Assembly (NCBI GenBank): GCA_900128565.1
Contig: LT635924.1
Location: forward strand, 1 to 49,078
Length of the DNA: 49,078 nucleotides
Source: Stramenopiles sp. TOSAG23-6
Lineage: Eukaryota
Direction: 5' to 3'
In this document: piece by piece, positions 33,645 to 43,800 of the stretch
How positions within the stretch are numbered: the stretch's first letter is position 1
Layout of the letters: each line of letters begins with the position of its first letter
Translations under genes and position numbers: made by a program
The notes under the pieces: model-generated
What the model was told of the DNA's origin: nothing
Seen by the model: only the letters and a program-made list of their open reading frames with translations
Database searches by the model: none

Positions 33645-36600
33645 ATGCTTTCCACATTTCTCTGTATAGTTATATACTTAGGTGTATTTCAAGTATGTCC
33701 AAGTTCAACAACTCCACGTCTACGTCCGCTTGCTGAAAATTTTTTAACCTTGGAAGATCTAAAGACTACCGCTCATGTTCTATTCAGTAAAAGAGGAGAC
33801 GCAGATTTGAAACTTTCTAGCAATACAGATACGAATCTGTATCGTATCGTCGAAATGATTGGAATGTTTCCATCAGAACGGGTTATTTCTCCAGAACATG
33901 CAAGAGCCGAAGTGTTGCCAAAATTACTAATACTTATTCAAGGTTTTAGAAGTAAATTCGTTTCGCGGGATGCACTTTCAAAAGCCAAACTGCATCTATA
34001 TGGTTCTGCAAGCTATGGTGCATTCATACCAGGGATATCGGATATTGATATTAGCATTGAAATTCCTGGATTCGATGATCCTAATCCAGGGAAGCAAATT
34101 AGTTTTTTAAGTGAGCTTCGAACATATATCAAACGACAATCGTTAGAATTTACAGTTTCACAGCTAATTCCAGCCAAAAAAGTGCCTCCTTTGCTCATTT
34201 TGCAGTACGATACTTATGAGACTAAGATTGACTTTTCAATATTGACAACTAAAAGCAATTCAAGAAAAAGTGTCGAAATAGCCAAAACATTTTTGGAAAA
34301 TGAAAATTATAAATATGCAAATGAAATTGTCTTATTGCTGAAGGCCTTTTTAAATAAAAAGGAGTTGAATAATCCATCAAAAGGCACTATGGGTAGCTAC
34401 GTGTTGTTACTCATGGTCAAGTTCTTCCTAAGCGCTGGTTGTAGTGACACGGATATGAAAGTTTGCTTACTACAGAAATCAAAACATCTTTCACTTGGTG
34501 AAACACTAATAAAGTTCTTGGATTGGTTTTCGCCTGGAAGCCCATTCCTAAACAAATATGTTGTAAAATTATCAACAAATCCTTATAGTAGATACGTTTT
34601 CGATGAAAAGGTTACTCATTATAATTCTTTATTTATCGTAGATCCATCTACTTCAAGAGAAAATAACGCAGCCGGTAGCATGTATCAGTTTTCTCTAGTA
34701 TCCGAGGCCTTCTTGGAATTGGCTAAATCACTAAAGGCTACAGGAGTCGACCAATTAATTGCAAGTCAATTTGGAATCGATGCTGCCGCCGCTATTGGGA
34801 AAACGCTTACTGAACCAGAACCAGAAGCGCATGGTCCCCTACCACCACAAAAACAACCAATTAAAAAAACTGAACTCAAACCAGATCCAGAACCAGAACC
34901 AGAACCTGAACCTGAACCTGAACTAGAACCAGAACTAGAACCAGAACCAGAACCTGAACCTGAACCTGAACCTGAACTAGAATTAGAAGTAGAACTAGAA
35001 TTAGAACCAAAACCAGAACCTGAGCAAAAACCAATATCAAAAGGAGCTAAAAAAACAAAAAAAACAAAAGAATCAAAAGAAAAGAGCATTCAATTGATCT
35101 TGTTTCGCACAATGGAGTTTCGCAAAGAAACCAAAGAAAACGAACTTCTTAAAACAACTAAAGATTTGATTTCTAAAGCAAAAGAATTGATTTCTGAAGC
35201 AAGAGAGGAAATCAAAATTGAAGACGTTACTGAAAAAAGTTTAAAAAAACGAATTAAAAGGCTTCGAAGAATAGAAAAAGAAACGCAGCTGGAAACACTA
35301 CGCAATATTGTGGATCAAGCAAAAAAAATGATGCGTGACAATTTAGAATCGATCCACGGGACAGATAAAAAAGGTGGTAGCAAAATTTCCAAGTCCATCA
35401 TTAAATTCGAAGGGTTACATAAGTTACAGAAGTATGAATTGTACCGTCTTGATTTAAGACTAAATGAATTTGAAAAATACTATATAACCACAAAGGACCG
35501 TATCTATGGCGATGATTCTTTCCGCAAATCCGAAGAGGAAATCATTACTTGGAGTGACTGGGTGAAGCGGAAAACATGGATGGTGGTGGAAAAGAAACAA
35601 TCTAATAAGAGGGTTGAAATATCTACTCGCATTGATAATATGATCAGTTGTCCTGCAGAAACATTATTAAAGCAAGTTGCAGTTGAATTGCATTCAAAGA
35701 CAGCACAGGCAATGTCAACAGGACCCATTGACCCTTTGCTAGAAGCTGAGATATTTAAGTTATTAATTCATTACACGATGTGCTATGAGAAGTATACTAA
35801 AGATTTTCGGCTTCTACCTGAAGATATACAAGAAATATTTGTAGAGGAATTCAGCTCCTACAAAGAAGATTATGAGGGTTTTGTCGCCACACAGAACAGG
35901 TTATTGAATACAGTCAAGAAGCCCGACTTAATGGGGGAAGAGACTGAAATGCCTTCTGATGGACGTGTGTATAGCTGTGAGGAGGCTAGAGAAGCTCAAT
36001 TCATGGTTGATCAATGTTGTTTTCAAGTACGTGATTATACCTCAATGACGTTTTCGGAACTTTCCAATAAGGATATAGATCACGTGAAAATGAAAGTTAT
36101 TGAAATGACTAGGAATTGGATGAAAACTTACGAAGTATACATGCTAAAGTATAATGGATTAAAACGTGAAGAAAAAGAGCGTTTTAAACACGAATATTTA
36201 AAACTTGAGGAGGAAGATCGAAATTTTACACTTTCATGCGCAGCTCTAAGTATCATCTTAACTGGACGTCATAATCCAACAGTGTCAGAACCTGAACCTG
36301 AAGCCATATCAATGTCAGAACCAGAACCTGAAGTCACATCAATGTCAGAACCTAAAACCTCAAGAATGAGGCACAAGGACTTGATATTGCGGTTGAAAAC
36401 CGCTGAAATTGAATTTACGAAAGAGAAACAGAGAATAAGAAATGTAAAATTTTTAAATCAAATAGAGGAGTGGAAAAAATATTGGCACCAGGTTCATGCA
36501 AAGGATCAATCCTTTGTTGGTCCAGATTTCTCAGCTGAAGATTTGGACGAACTACATTCTTACGAGATCATGAAAGTGTGGAATTTCTATAAGAAACATC

Positions 36601-36809
36601 ATGCATCTTTGACAAAATTTCATAGTAGTGAAATGGAAGACGTCAAAAGATTCCAAGATCTTCAAAACTGGAAACCAAATAAATACATATACGAGGATCA
36701 TAGTTTTCATTTTGAAAAGCGAATTCAAAAGAACCCTAAGATTCGATTTAAAGCTTCCGTTAAAAGAAAGAAAAAAGCAAAACCGAATGCTAAAGATGAA
36801 AACGAATAA
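33645..36809 (+). CDS. Trf4/TENT4-like non-canonical poly(A) polymerase (pol beta nucleotidyltransferase) with signal-peptide-like N-terminus, PE repeat and long helical C-terminus
   Basis: [20 protein letters not shown] catalytic motif, [29 protein letters not shown] and PAP-associated [12 protein letters not shown]; first ATG at 33645. Confidence 0.82.
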   Translation: MLSTFLCIVIYLGVFQVCPSSTTPRLRPLAENFLTLEDLKTTAHVLFSKRGDADLKLSSNTDTNLYRIVEMIGMFPSERVISPEHARAEVLPKLLILIQGFRSKFVSRDALSKAKLHLYGSASYGAFIPGISDIDISIEIPGFDDPNPGKQISFLSELRTYIKRQSLEFTVSQLIPAKKVPPLLILQYDTYETKIDFSILTTKSNSRKSVEIAKTFLENENYKYANEIVLLLKAFLNKKELNNPSKGTMGSYVLLLMVKFFLSAGCSDTDMKVCLLQKSKHLSLGETLIKFLDWFSPGSPFLNKYVVKLSTNPYSRYVFDEKVTHYNSLFIVDPSTSRENNAAGSMYQFSLVSEAFLELAKSLKATGVDQLIASQFGIDAAAAIGKTLTEPEPEAHGPLPPQKQPIKKTELKPDPEPEPEPEPEPELEPELEPEPEPEPEPEPELELEVELELEPKPEPEQKPISKGAKKTKKTKESKEKSIQLILFRTMEFRKETKENELLKTTKDLISKAKELISEAREEIKIEDVTEKSLKKRIKRLRRIEKETQLETLRNIVDQAKKMMRDNLESIHGTDKKGGSKISKSIIKFEGLHKLQKYELYRLDLRLNEFEKYYITTKDRIYGDDSFRKSEEEIITWSDWVKRKTWMVVEKKQSNKRVEISTRIDNMISCPAETLLKQVAVELHSKTAQAMSTGPIDPLLEAEIFKLLIHYTMCYEKYTKDFRLLPEDIQEIFVEEFSSYKEDYEGFVATQNRLLNTVKKPDLMGEETEMPSDGRVYSCEEAREAQFMVDQCCFQVRDYTSMTFSELSNKDIDHVKMKVIEMTRNWMKTYEVYMLKYNGLKREEKERFKHEYLKLEEEDRNFTLSCAALSIILTGRHNPTVSEPEPEAISMSEPEPEVTSMSEPKTSRMRHKDLILRLKTAEIEFTKEKQRIRNVKFLNQIEEWKKYWHQVHAKDQSFVGPDFSAEDLDELHSYEIMKVWNFYKKHHASLTKFHSSEMEDVKRFQDLQNWKPNKYIYEDHSFHFEKRIQKNPKIRFKASVKRKKKAKPNAKDENE
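34810..35025 (+). repeat. Coding hexamer repeat (GAACCW/GAACTA) encoding a PE/EL linker
   Basis: Visible ccagaa/cctgaa/ctagaa arrays. Confidence 0.9.
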
Positions 36810-37069
36810 AAAGCTTATAGATTTCAGATGAATAACATATTTATTTATAAAATTCAAAGATATACATTTAGATCGAATTATAAGAATTTAAATAAAAAAC
36901 TTTGAAGAAACATACAATATGATATTTATTTACAATGAATGAATCAATCTCTTAGAAACGTTTTGAAAATGTATACCTACTGAATCAAATTTGAAATTAA
37001 TTATTATTGAAAATACTGTTTATAATAATAATGATAGTAATTTATTTTTGTACATTTCAGAGTCCCTTT

Positions 37070-37894
37070 TTAATTTGGATAATTAAATTGTAAACCATCA
37101 GAAAATGTTTCTTCTCTCTTACCACTTAGTGGATCCCATATTAAAAGTGTCTTATTTGACTCTTCTCCTCCTCCATTATCTTCGGTAGTGTATGAATAAC
37201 CATAAACAGTCATCCAATGATTTGGACTGCCATATGCAAACATTTGATTGTTATTTATTTTAGATTTCACTTCAGTCCATGATAGTGTCATTGTTCCACT
37301 TATAAAAGTTGGAACATATCTTGAAACTTGTAATTCGCCTTTATTATTTTCGCATGCGTTTTTCACAGCTTGAGAACGACCTGGATTACAACAACATAGT
37401 GTATTAGGGACTGCACATTCAGGAGGAATTGAAATATTAATGAAGTCATGTGGTTCTCCGACATTGAAAAGACCTCTGTTATTTTCTGAAGCAATCTCAC
37501 ATTGTCTTTTTTGCGCAGCTCCCATGAATCTCATTATAGTGGCAGTAGTGGCTGCGTAACACATGTTCGGCCCCTCTTGAATATCGAGGGACCTGTTAAA
37601 ACCTCCACCTACTGGCCAATTGACAGTTGTCGCATGCTTCGTTAAATTTGCTGGAAGAGGTGTTGGACCAGGTGATGATTTTGATTTTACCGCAAAAGAA
37701 ACTCCAACAGCGGTACCAACTATAATAGTGATACACAGGACAGCAATTAGTACCTTTTTCATCATTGGCATATCTTGCTTCTTTGCATTTGGCATAGCGA
37801 CTGACATTTTACATGGCGCTATAGGTACTGCTGTATCTGGCAATACAACTGACACTGCGGTGGGATAAATTACCGCTGTTTCTGGCTTCATCAT
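37070..37894 (-). CDS. Membrane-anchored papain-fold cysteine peptidase-like protein (C39/C70-like)
   Basis: QEGPNMCYAAT (Q..C), HWMTVYGYS and LLIWDPL give a C-H-D arrangement; single TM near the N-terminus. Confidence 0.65.
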   Translation of the reverse strand: MMKPETAVIYPTAVSVVLPDTAVPIAPCKMSVAMPNAKKQDMPMMKKVLIAVLCITIIVGTAVGVSFAVKSKSSPGPTPLPANLTKHATTVNWPVGGGFNRSLDIQEGPNMCYAATTATIMRFMGAAQKRQCEIASENNRGLFNVGEPHDFINISIPPECAVPNTLCCCNPGRSQAVKNACENNKGELQVSRYVPTFISGTMTLSWTEVKSKINNNQMFAYGSPNHWMTVYGYSYTTEDNGGGEESNKTLLIWDPLSGKREETFSDGLQFNYPN

Positions 37895-38081
37895 TGTACT
37901 AGAAAATCAAATTTATTGAAAAAGATACCAAGAGTTAATCCGCACGAGGTCCTCGTCAGCTTATAAGTAGAATTAGTTACTAGAAAAGTTATTAATTAAT
38001 GTTGACGACGATTGCCAGTATATATATACTACCAGTAGTTCCTCGCTAGTTCCTTTTAGTTCCTAAGTCAGCCTCCCGAAA

Positions 38082-38180
38082 TTTGGTACAGATTTTTATA
38101 CCTAATTGAATATCGATTTGTTACCAGTAATTTTGGTACAGATTTTTATAGTTCGATTTTTGGTACAGATTTTTATAGTT
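38082..38180 (+). repeat. Three copies of tttggtacagatttttata (variant of the intron core)
   Basis: The first copy continues cctaa like the intron core; lies in a divergent promoter region. Confidence 0.75.
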
Positions 38181-38324
38181 GAATTGTTTTTTTTTGGCGA
38201 AATAAACGCCTTCAAAAATGCATTTAACCGTCGAAAAAATGTCTTCTTCTGGTTGGAATACAGGTACTATTTTGGAGCCTATATTAGATTATAACATGTT
38301 TATTGCCGTGTAAACCTCAGGAAA

Positions 38325-39017
38325 ATGCATTCAGTTTGTAAAATAGTATTCCTTGGTAATGGAAGTGTTGGTAAATCATCGCTGATCCAACGTTTCGTCC
38401 AGGACGGTTTTAAGAAAGTCTATGAACAAACTGTAGGCATTGACTTTTTCACAAAGACAATTCAAATTAAAGGCAAAGAAACTGTTATGCAAGTGTGGGA
38501 CATTGGGGGTCAGTCTTTTACGAGTAAAATGCTTGGTAAATATATCCATGGTTGTGATTCTGTGTTATTAACGTATGACATTACAGATAAACAAAGTTTT
38601 CGTGATTTAGAAGACTGGCTTTCCACTTTGCGACGTATCCAGCGAAAAATCTCAACAAAGTCTAATAAACCTAATATATTCCTGCTAGGAAATAAGAGCG
38701 ACCTCTCTCATCAGAGGACAGTGAGCGAGCCAAAGCATGATGCGTTTATCAGAGCACATAATTTAGATGGCGGTTTTTTTGTATCTGCTAAAAGTGGGGA
38801 TCAAGTTTTAACTATAATGCACCAAGTAGCTGCAAAAGTAGCGGGTGTAACTCTCTCGTCTTATGAACTCGAATTTACCAATCGTAACCTAAAAACTTCA
38901 ATTTCTAGTCAAGACGATAATGCTCGTACAAAATATGCAGATAAAATTGCAGCAGAAGATGAAAGGTTTGAGGCAAATAGAAATAAAAATTTTATTTCGT
39001 GTTGTATTGTTCAGTGA
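38325..39017 (+). CDS. RAB28: Rab28-like small GTPase
   Basis: GNGSVGKS, WDIGGQSFTSKMLGKYIHG (Rab28-type DIGGQ switch II), GNKSD, VSAK and C-terminal CaaX CIVQ. Confidence 0.85.
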   Translation: MHSVCKIVFLGNGSVGKSSLIQRFVQDGFKKVYEQTVGIDFFTKTIQIKGKETVMQVWDIGGQSFTSKMLGKYIHGCDSVLLTYDITDKQSFRDLEDWLSTLRRIQRKISTKSNKPNIFLLGNKSDLSHQRTVSEPKHDAFIRAHNLDGGFFVSAKSGDQVLTIMHQVAAKVAGVTLSSYELEFTNRNLKTSISSQDDNARTKYADKIAAEDERFEANRNKNFISCCIVQ

Positions 39018-39403
39018 ATCCTACCCCTAACCCTTTATGAGAAACTATAAAAATATATAAAACTACAGTGATTTATTATAGAAAAATATATAGAACGAAA
39101 GTGATGTATTACGATTTAGATATGGAGATTTTAAAGTTTTGCTTTTTTCTTTTCTTTTCTTTTTTGATTCGGTAAATAAACAAATTTCAAAATCAAACAA
39201 GATCATATCGTAGTACTAGGTAGGTAGGGTACCGGGTCCAAAAAAGTTCAACACTATTTTTGCTACCAAACGTAAAGTATTTTCATTAGGTACGAAATTC
39301 CGTATACAAATTTGACTTCAGAGATTCAGCCCAAAATGATGTGATCCACTTCTTCTCTACTATCGCACGCTTTTATCGTAGTAGAAATAGTATTTACTTT
39401 GCG

Positions 39404-40819
39404 ATGCATGCAGCCGATGCTCTCCGGACGGCTGTTCGTGTAGCACATCATTACAGAGGATGTGTTGTTCGTGGATATACAATATGTTCAAATGGTCAGC
39501 GTAAGGCACTACCTCTCTTTGGTGGAGTTCGTGCCCTTCCTGCGGGAAGTCGCTGCATTGGTGGTTTTAGTGGTTTTGGCGGTGGAAGTGGTGGTCGCGA
39601 TACGAAATATTATGATTTACTGGGTATATCTTCTGATGCAGATAAGAAAGAAATCAAAAAGGCCTTTCGTAAAGCTGCAATGAAGCATCATCCTGATCAA
39701 GGTGGAGATATGGATAAGTTCAAGGAGATTAAGCAAGCATATGAGGTCTTAGTCGACGAACAAAAACGTGCTGCTTATGATCAGTTTGGTGAAGCTGGTG
39801 TAGATGAGTCTGCTGGTGGTGGACCTGGTGGTTTTGGTGGCGGTGGTATGGATCCCAACGACATATTTAGTCAGTTCTTTGGAGGACAGCAGGCGCAGCG
39901 CCCGCAGCAGCCACGCAAAACGGATAATATCAATTCTGCCGTTCAGTTGACACTTGAGGAGTTGTATGAAGGCACAACAAAATCTTTAGCATTTAACAAG
40001 ACTGTGTTATGTGGCACATGTGATGGCCTTGGCGCAACATCTACCAAAAGCATTCGAACTTGTACTGTTTGTAATGGCTCGGGATACGTAATTCGAACTC
40101 AGCAGATGGGTCCAATGTTGCAACAGTTTCAAAGTGTTTGTACAGCATGTGGAGGAGAAGGGAAATCTATTGATCCAAAAGATCGTTGTGGTACTTGCCA
40201 TGGAGCTAAAGTTGTCTCAAAACGGAAAGAATTGGAAGTAACAATAAAACCTGGCTTAAAGCACGGTCAGAAACTAGTCTTGCGTGGTGAAGCAGACGAA
40301 GCACCTAATCAGGAACCTGGTGATATAATATTAACAATTCATGAAAAGCCACATCATACATTTTCTAGATCTGGTAAAGATTTGTTGTATAAACATACAC
40401 TATCATTAAATGAAGCTCTCACGGGTTATCAAATTCCTCTTGTATTAGTGTGTGGGAAAACACGCGCTTTGAAATCAGTCGATGGAGAAGTTATAGCTCC
40501 AGGGGATCTTCGTGTTTTGAAAGATGCTGGAATGCCTTTACCTGGTACCCAAGCAAAAACAAAAAATGATGAAAAAGATCCACCTCGTGGTGATCTTTTT
40601 GTTCAATTTGATGTGGATATGCCAAATTCATTGACAGATGAACAAAGAAAATTAATCACCGAAGTGTTTGGTGAAAAAAAGTTAAGTGGATCCGCAAAAG
40701 AATATAAACAAGTGACTTTAGAACCTGTTTCAAAATCTCGGGTGAAACAATCCATGAGTTCTGGAGGTTCAGATTATGGAGGAAATGGCGAAGAAGGGTC
40801 TGGATGTAGACAAATGTAA
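39404..40819 (+). CDS. Class A DnaJ (DNAJA/Ydj1-like) with N-terminal extension
   Basis: J domain HPD, G/F region, four CxxCxGxG-type repeats, C-terminal domain and CaaX CRQM; first ATG at 39404. Confidence 0.92.
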   Translation: MHAADALRTAVRVAHHYRGCVVRGYTICSNGQRKALPLFGGVRALPAGSRCIGGFSGFGGGSGGRDTKYYDLLGISSDADKKEIKKAFRKAAMKHHPDQGGDMDKFKEIKQAYEVLVDEQKRAAYDQFGEAGVDESAGGGPGGFGGGGMDPNDIFSQFFGGQQAQRPQQPRKTDNINSAVQLTLEELYEGTTKSLAFNKTVLCGTCDGLGATSTKSIRTCTVCNGSGYVIRTQQMGPMLQQFQSVCTACGGEGKSIDPKDRCGTCHGAKVVSKRKELEVTIKPGLKHGQKLVLRGEADEAPNQEPGDIILTIHEKPHHTFSRSGKDLLYKHTLSLNEALTGYQIPLVLVCGKTRALKSVDGEVIAPGDLRVLKDAGMPLPGTQAKTKNDEKDPPRGDLFVQFDVDMPNSLTDEQRKLITEVFGEKKLSGSAKEYKQVTLEPVSKSRVKQSMSSGGSDYGGNGEEGSGCRQM

Positions 40820-40852
40820 ATTTGTTTTTAATCCCATAATAAAAAATATGTA

Positions 40853-43800
40853 GGAAGTCGTCCCCCCTATACCGGCCACTTTTGATTTTGTACGAAAATC
40901 AGTACCTAAGCAAAACTGAACAAAAAATGTACGTTTCCTATTCCGGCCGGTACTATGATAAGATCGAAAAGATACTTTTTTTCTAAGACTACGTAGGTAA
41001 GTATATAAGTGTTCCTATGAATAAAAGAGTATTTATTAAATTAATCTTAACATCTTGTTCTTTTGTATCACCCACTATTGTACCAACTTCACGTTAAAAA
41101 TTTCTACGCTTCGCTATCGTTGTCGCTTTCACTCTCAGACTCGCTTTCGGATTCGGATTCGCCTTCGCCTTCAGATTCATCATCCGTTTCGCTATTGGAA
41201 CTTTCACTATCAGATATTTCTCTATTAGAACTCTCGCGATCTCGTGCAGGCTCGTCGAAACAACTCTCGCAACAAACCCATCTACTGGATTTGCTTTCAT
41301 ATCTTGGTATTTGTAAGTCAATGTTTACGCCACAGCAGTTGCAAATGCAAACATCTCCAGACAACTCTCCAGACTCCGTAAAAATAAGCTCCTCCTCACT
41401 AAATTCATGACGACGCAATGCTTTATGTTTTTGTAATTCATCATATGTATAATCGGTAGATCGATCTTGGGTGCTTGCCCACCTAATTGTGTATTTTTCA
41501 TTTTCATAACTAACTACTGTTGCTTCTAACCAATCACCTTTCCAAAGAGCCAATACTGATTTGTGATTCATAAACCATTCATGATTTTCTTTTTTCTTTG
41601 CTTGTCTTGCTTTTTCTGCTTTGCTCATTTTTTTCTTTACGACGTATTGTTTTTTATTTCTAGAATTATACTCATCTAGAAAAAGCTGCTTAAGTTTCTT
41701 CGAATCAAATTGAATTGGTTTGTTTGAGCCATTTTCTTCCGACACAGAAATCTTCCATGAGAGAAGAATTGCTTTATAATCATTTTTGTATAGTGTTTCA
41801 TTTGATTCCATTTTGCTAATTGCACTATCAAGTATTTCTTTTTCTCTTGCTTTTTTTTGTTGAACTCTTTTTTCTTGTGCTTCTTTCTCTTTCTTTTTTT
41901 TCTCTTCTCTTTCTACAACTGCAGCAACAACATATTTACATTTATACTTAGCCTCATATTGCTCCTCAAATACTGCCTCTATTTTTGTTTTAGCAATCTT
42001 TGAGAGTTTTTTTCCATCTATATTATCTATTCCCCAACTCTCAAGAATTGCACGATGTTTGTTTACAGTAAGACTCTTTTTAGCATTCATGTCTTCAACA
42101 GCTTCCTCACGTAGTTTCATTTTTTTACGGATTAATTCCTGATCTTTAATAACTTTATCTTTTTTCTTTTGCTCTTTATCTTTTTTCTTGTCATCTCTAT
42201 TCTTTTGGACAGCTTTAACTTGTTCTAATTGTTCCGCAAGTGAAAAATCTGCACCATGAGAAGTATTGACACCTACTCTTTTTCTTTTATTTTTTTTTCT
42301 TTTTTGTTCTTCGGCATTTGCGCGTCTTGTTGGTTCAAACATCCCAGTCTCCAGAGATTCATATACTATACTTCTAATAACAACATCTCTTTCAAGAGGA
42401 ACTTTATATATCAAAACTTTGTCTGCATTTTCAGGTTTATTCCGTGGTGATACGCGAAGAGGTTTTGCTATATCTAAGTCTTTCGGAGCTTCTTCGAGGT
42501 AACTAAACATATCGATAGCCGTTTGCCAACTGGAATTATAACGGTCAACCGGATAAACACCGCACCTTTCAAACGCTCTTGTGACAATATTACCAACTTT
42601 AACTTCTTCAAAACCAAGTATATTGTTTTCCATGTACATATCATACCCATTTTTTTTAATTCGTGAGTCAATTAATTCTTTCTTTAGCCTTTCTGTAACT
42701 GTCATCCATGAACGACTGATAATTTTGTTATAGTCCGAGATCGAATACTTATTTGTATAGTTTAATTTCTTCCAATCATCAACTAACACTGAATATGCTG
42801 CACGGAGCATAGAATTGATCCCAACATCATTTGGTTGAGACCAAGATGATGTATGCGACGCAAGACAAAAGGGAAATACGTTATTATCCCGCAGTGTCTT
42901 CATTGCTGCCATTGACCACCGAGAAGCATGCCCATCAAAAGTCAAGATGACAGGTTTTCCATTCTTTCCGTATCCTTCTGGCAGTCCTTTGACAAACCAC
43001 TCACAATAACGCTTAAAAATTTCAATAGTCATAGAACCACTTGTAGAAACTTCCACTCTCCAGCCATTTGTCGAAATATCCGAATTAGGGTCACCTTTCC
43101 AAATAGGTTCGTCTAGTTCAAAGCCTGATAAGTGGTTTTGGTTTCTTTTTGGATTAGTTACACCAGGAGATGCGTGAATCACCATTGATGGTAAAATTGC
43201 TCCATCAGCCCTTGAAGTAACTACACATGTAGCATGGAATTCCGGATGATCTGAACCAAGTTTCGATCTCTTTCTTTTCTTTTTCCCTCCTCTATTAGGA
43301 ACATGAGCTTTACCAACAACTTTATTCCGCTTTCCATCTTCTTTTCCTCCAAACTCATCCATGTTGTAAATTTGTTTTGAAAAATCATTAACATCAAATT
43401 TTCCAGGAAACTCTTCTCCTAACCTCTTTACCAAACTTTCCAACTTCGAAAACACGGCATCTCTGACTTTGGTATTGGCCTTTTTTGCTCGTTCAAAGCT
43501 CAGAACTGCAGTTTTGTACTGTTTTAACTTCGGGTGACGCTTCAAGAATCCATGAACAAATGACCGTGTGCAGCCTTTCTCATACCCTAGCCTTGTAACA
43601 ATATGACTGGCAAAAGAGGTGATTTGTTCAATAGTCATTCCTAGACCAAATCCATCCATTTGTATTATAATTTGTTCCAACCACAATTCTTCATCATCAG
43701 TGAAATACCGCTTGAAATTTGGGTTTCCTGTTGATTTCAGTTCAAATTCCTCATTAATCAGACGAGTCATTCTTTTCTTGGTTTGTTTACCAATTTTTTT

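Noticed and set aside
34766-35089. Antisense GS-repeat ORF
   Set aside because: Mirror of the PE-repeat coding region on the + strand.
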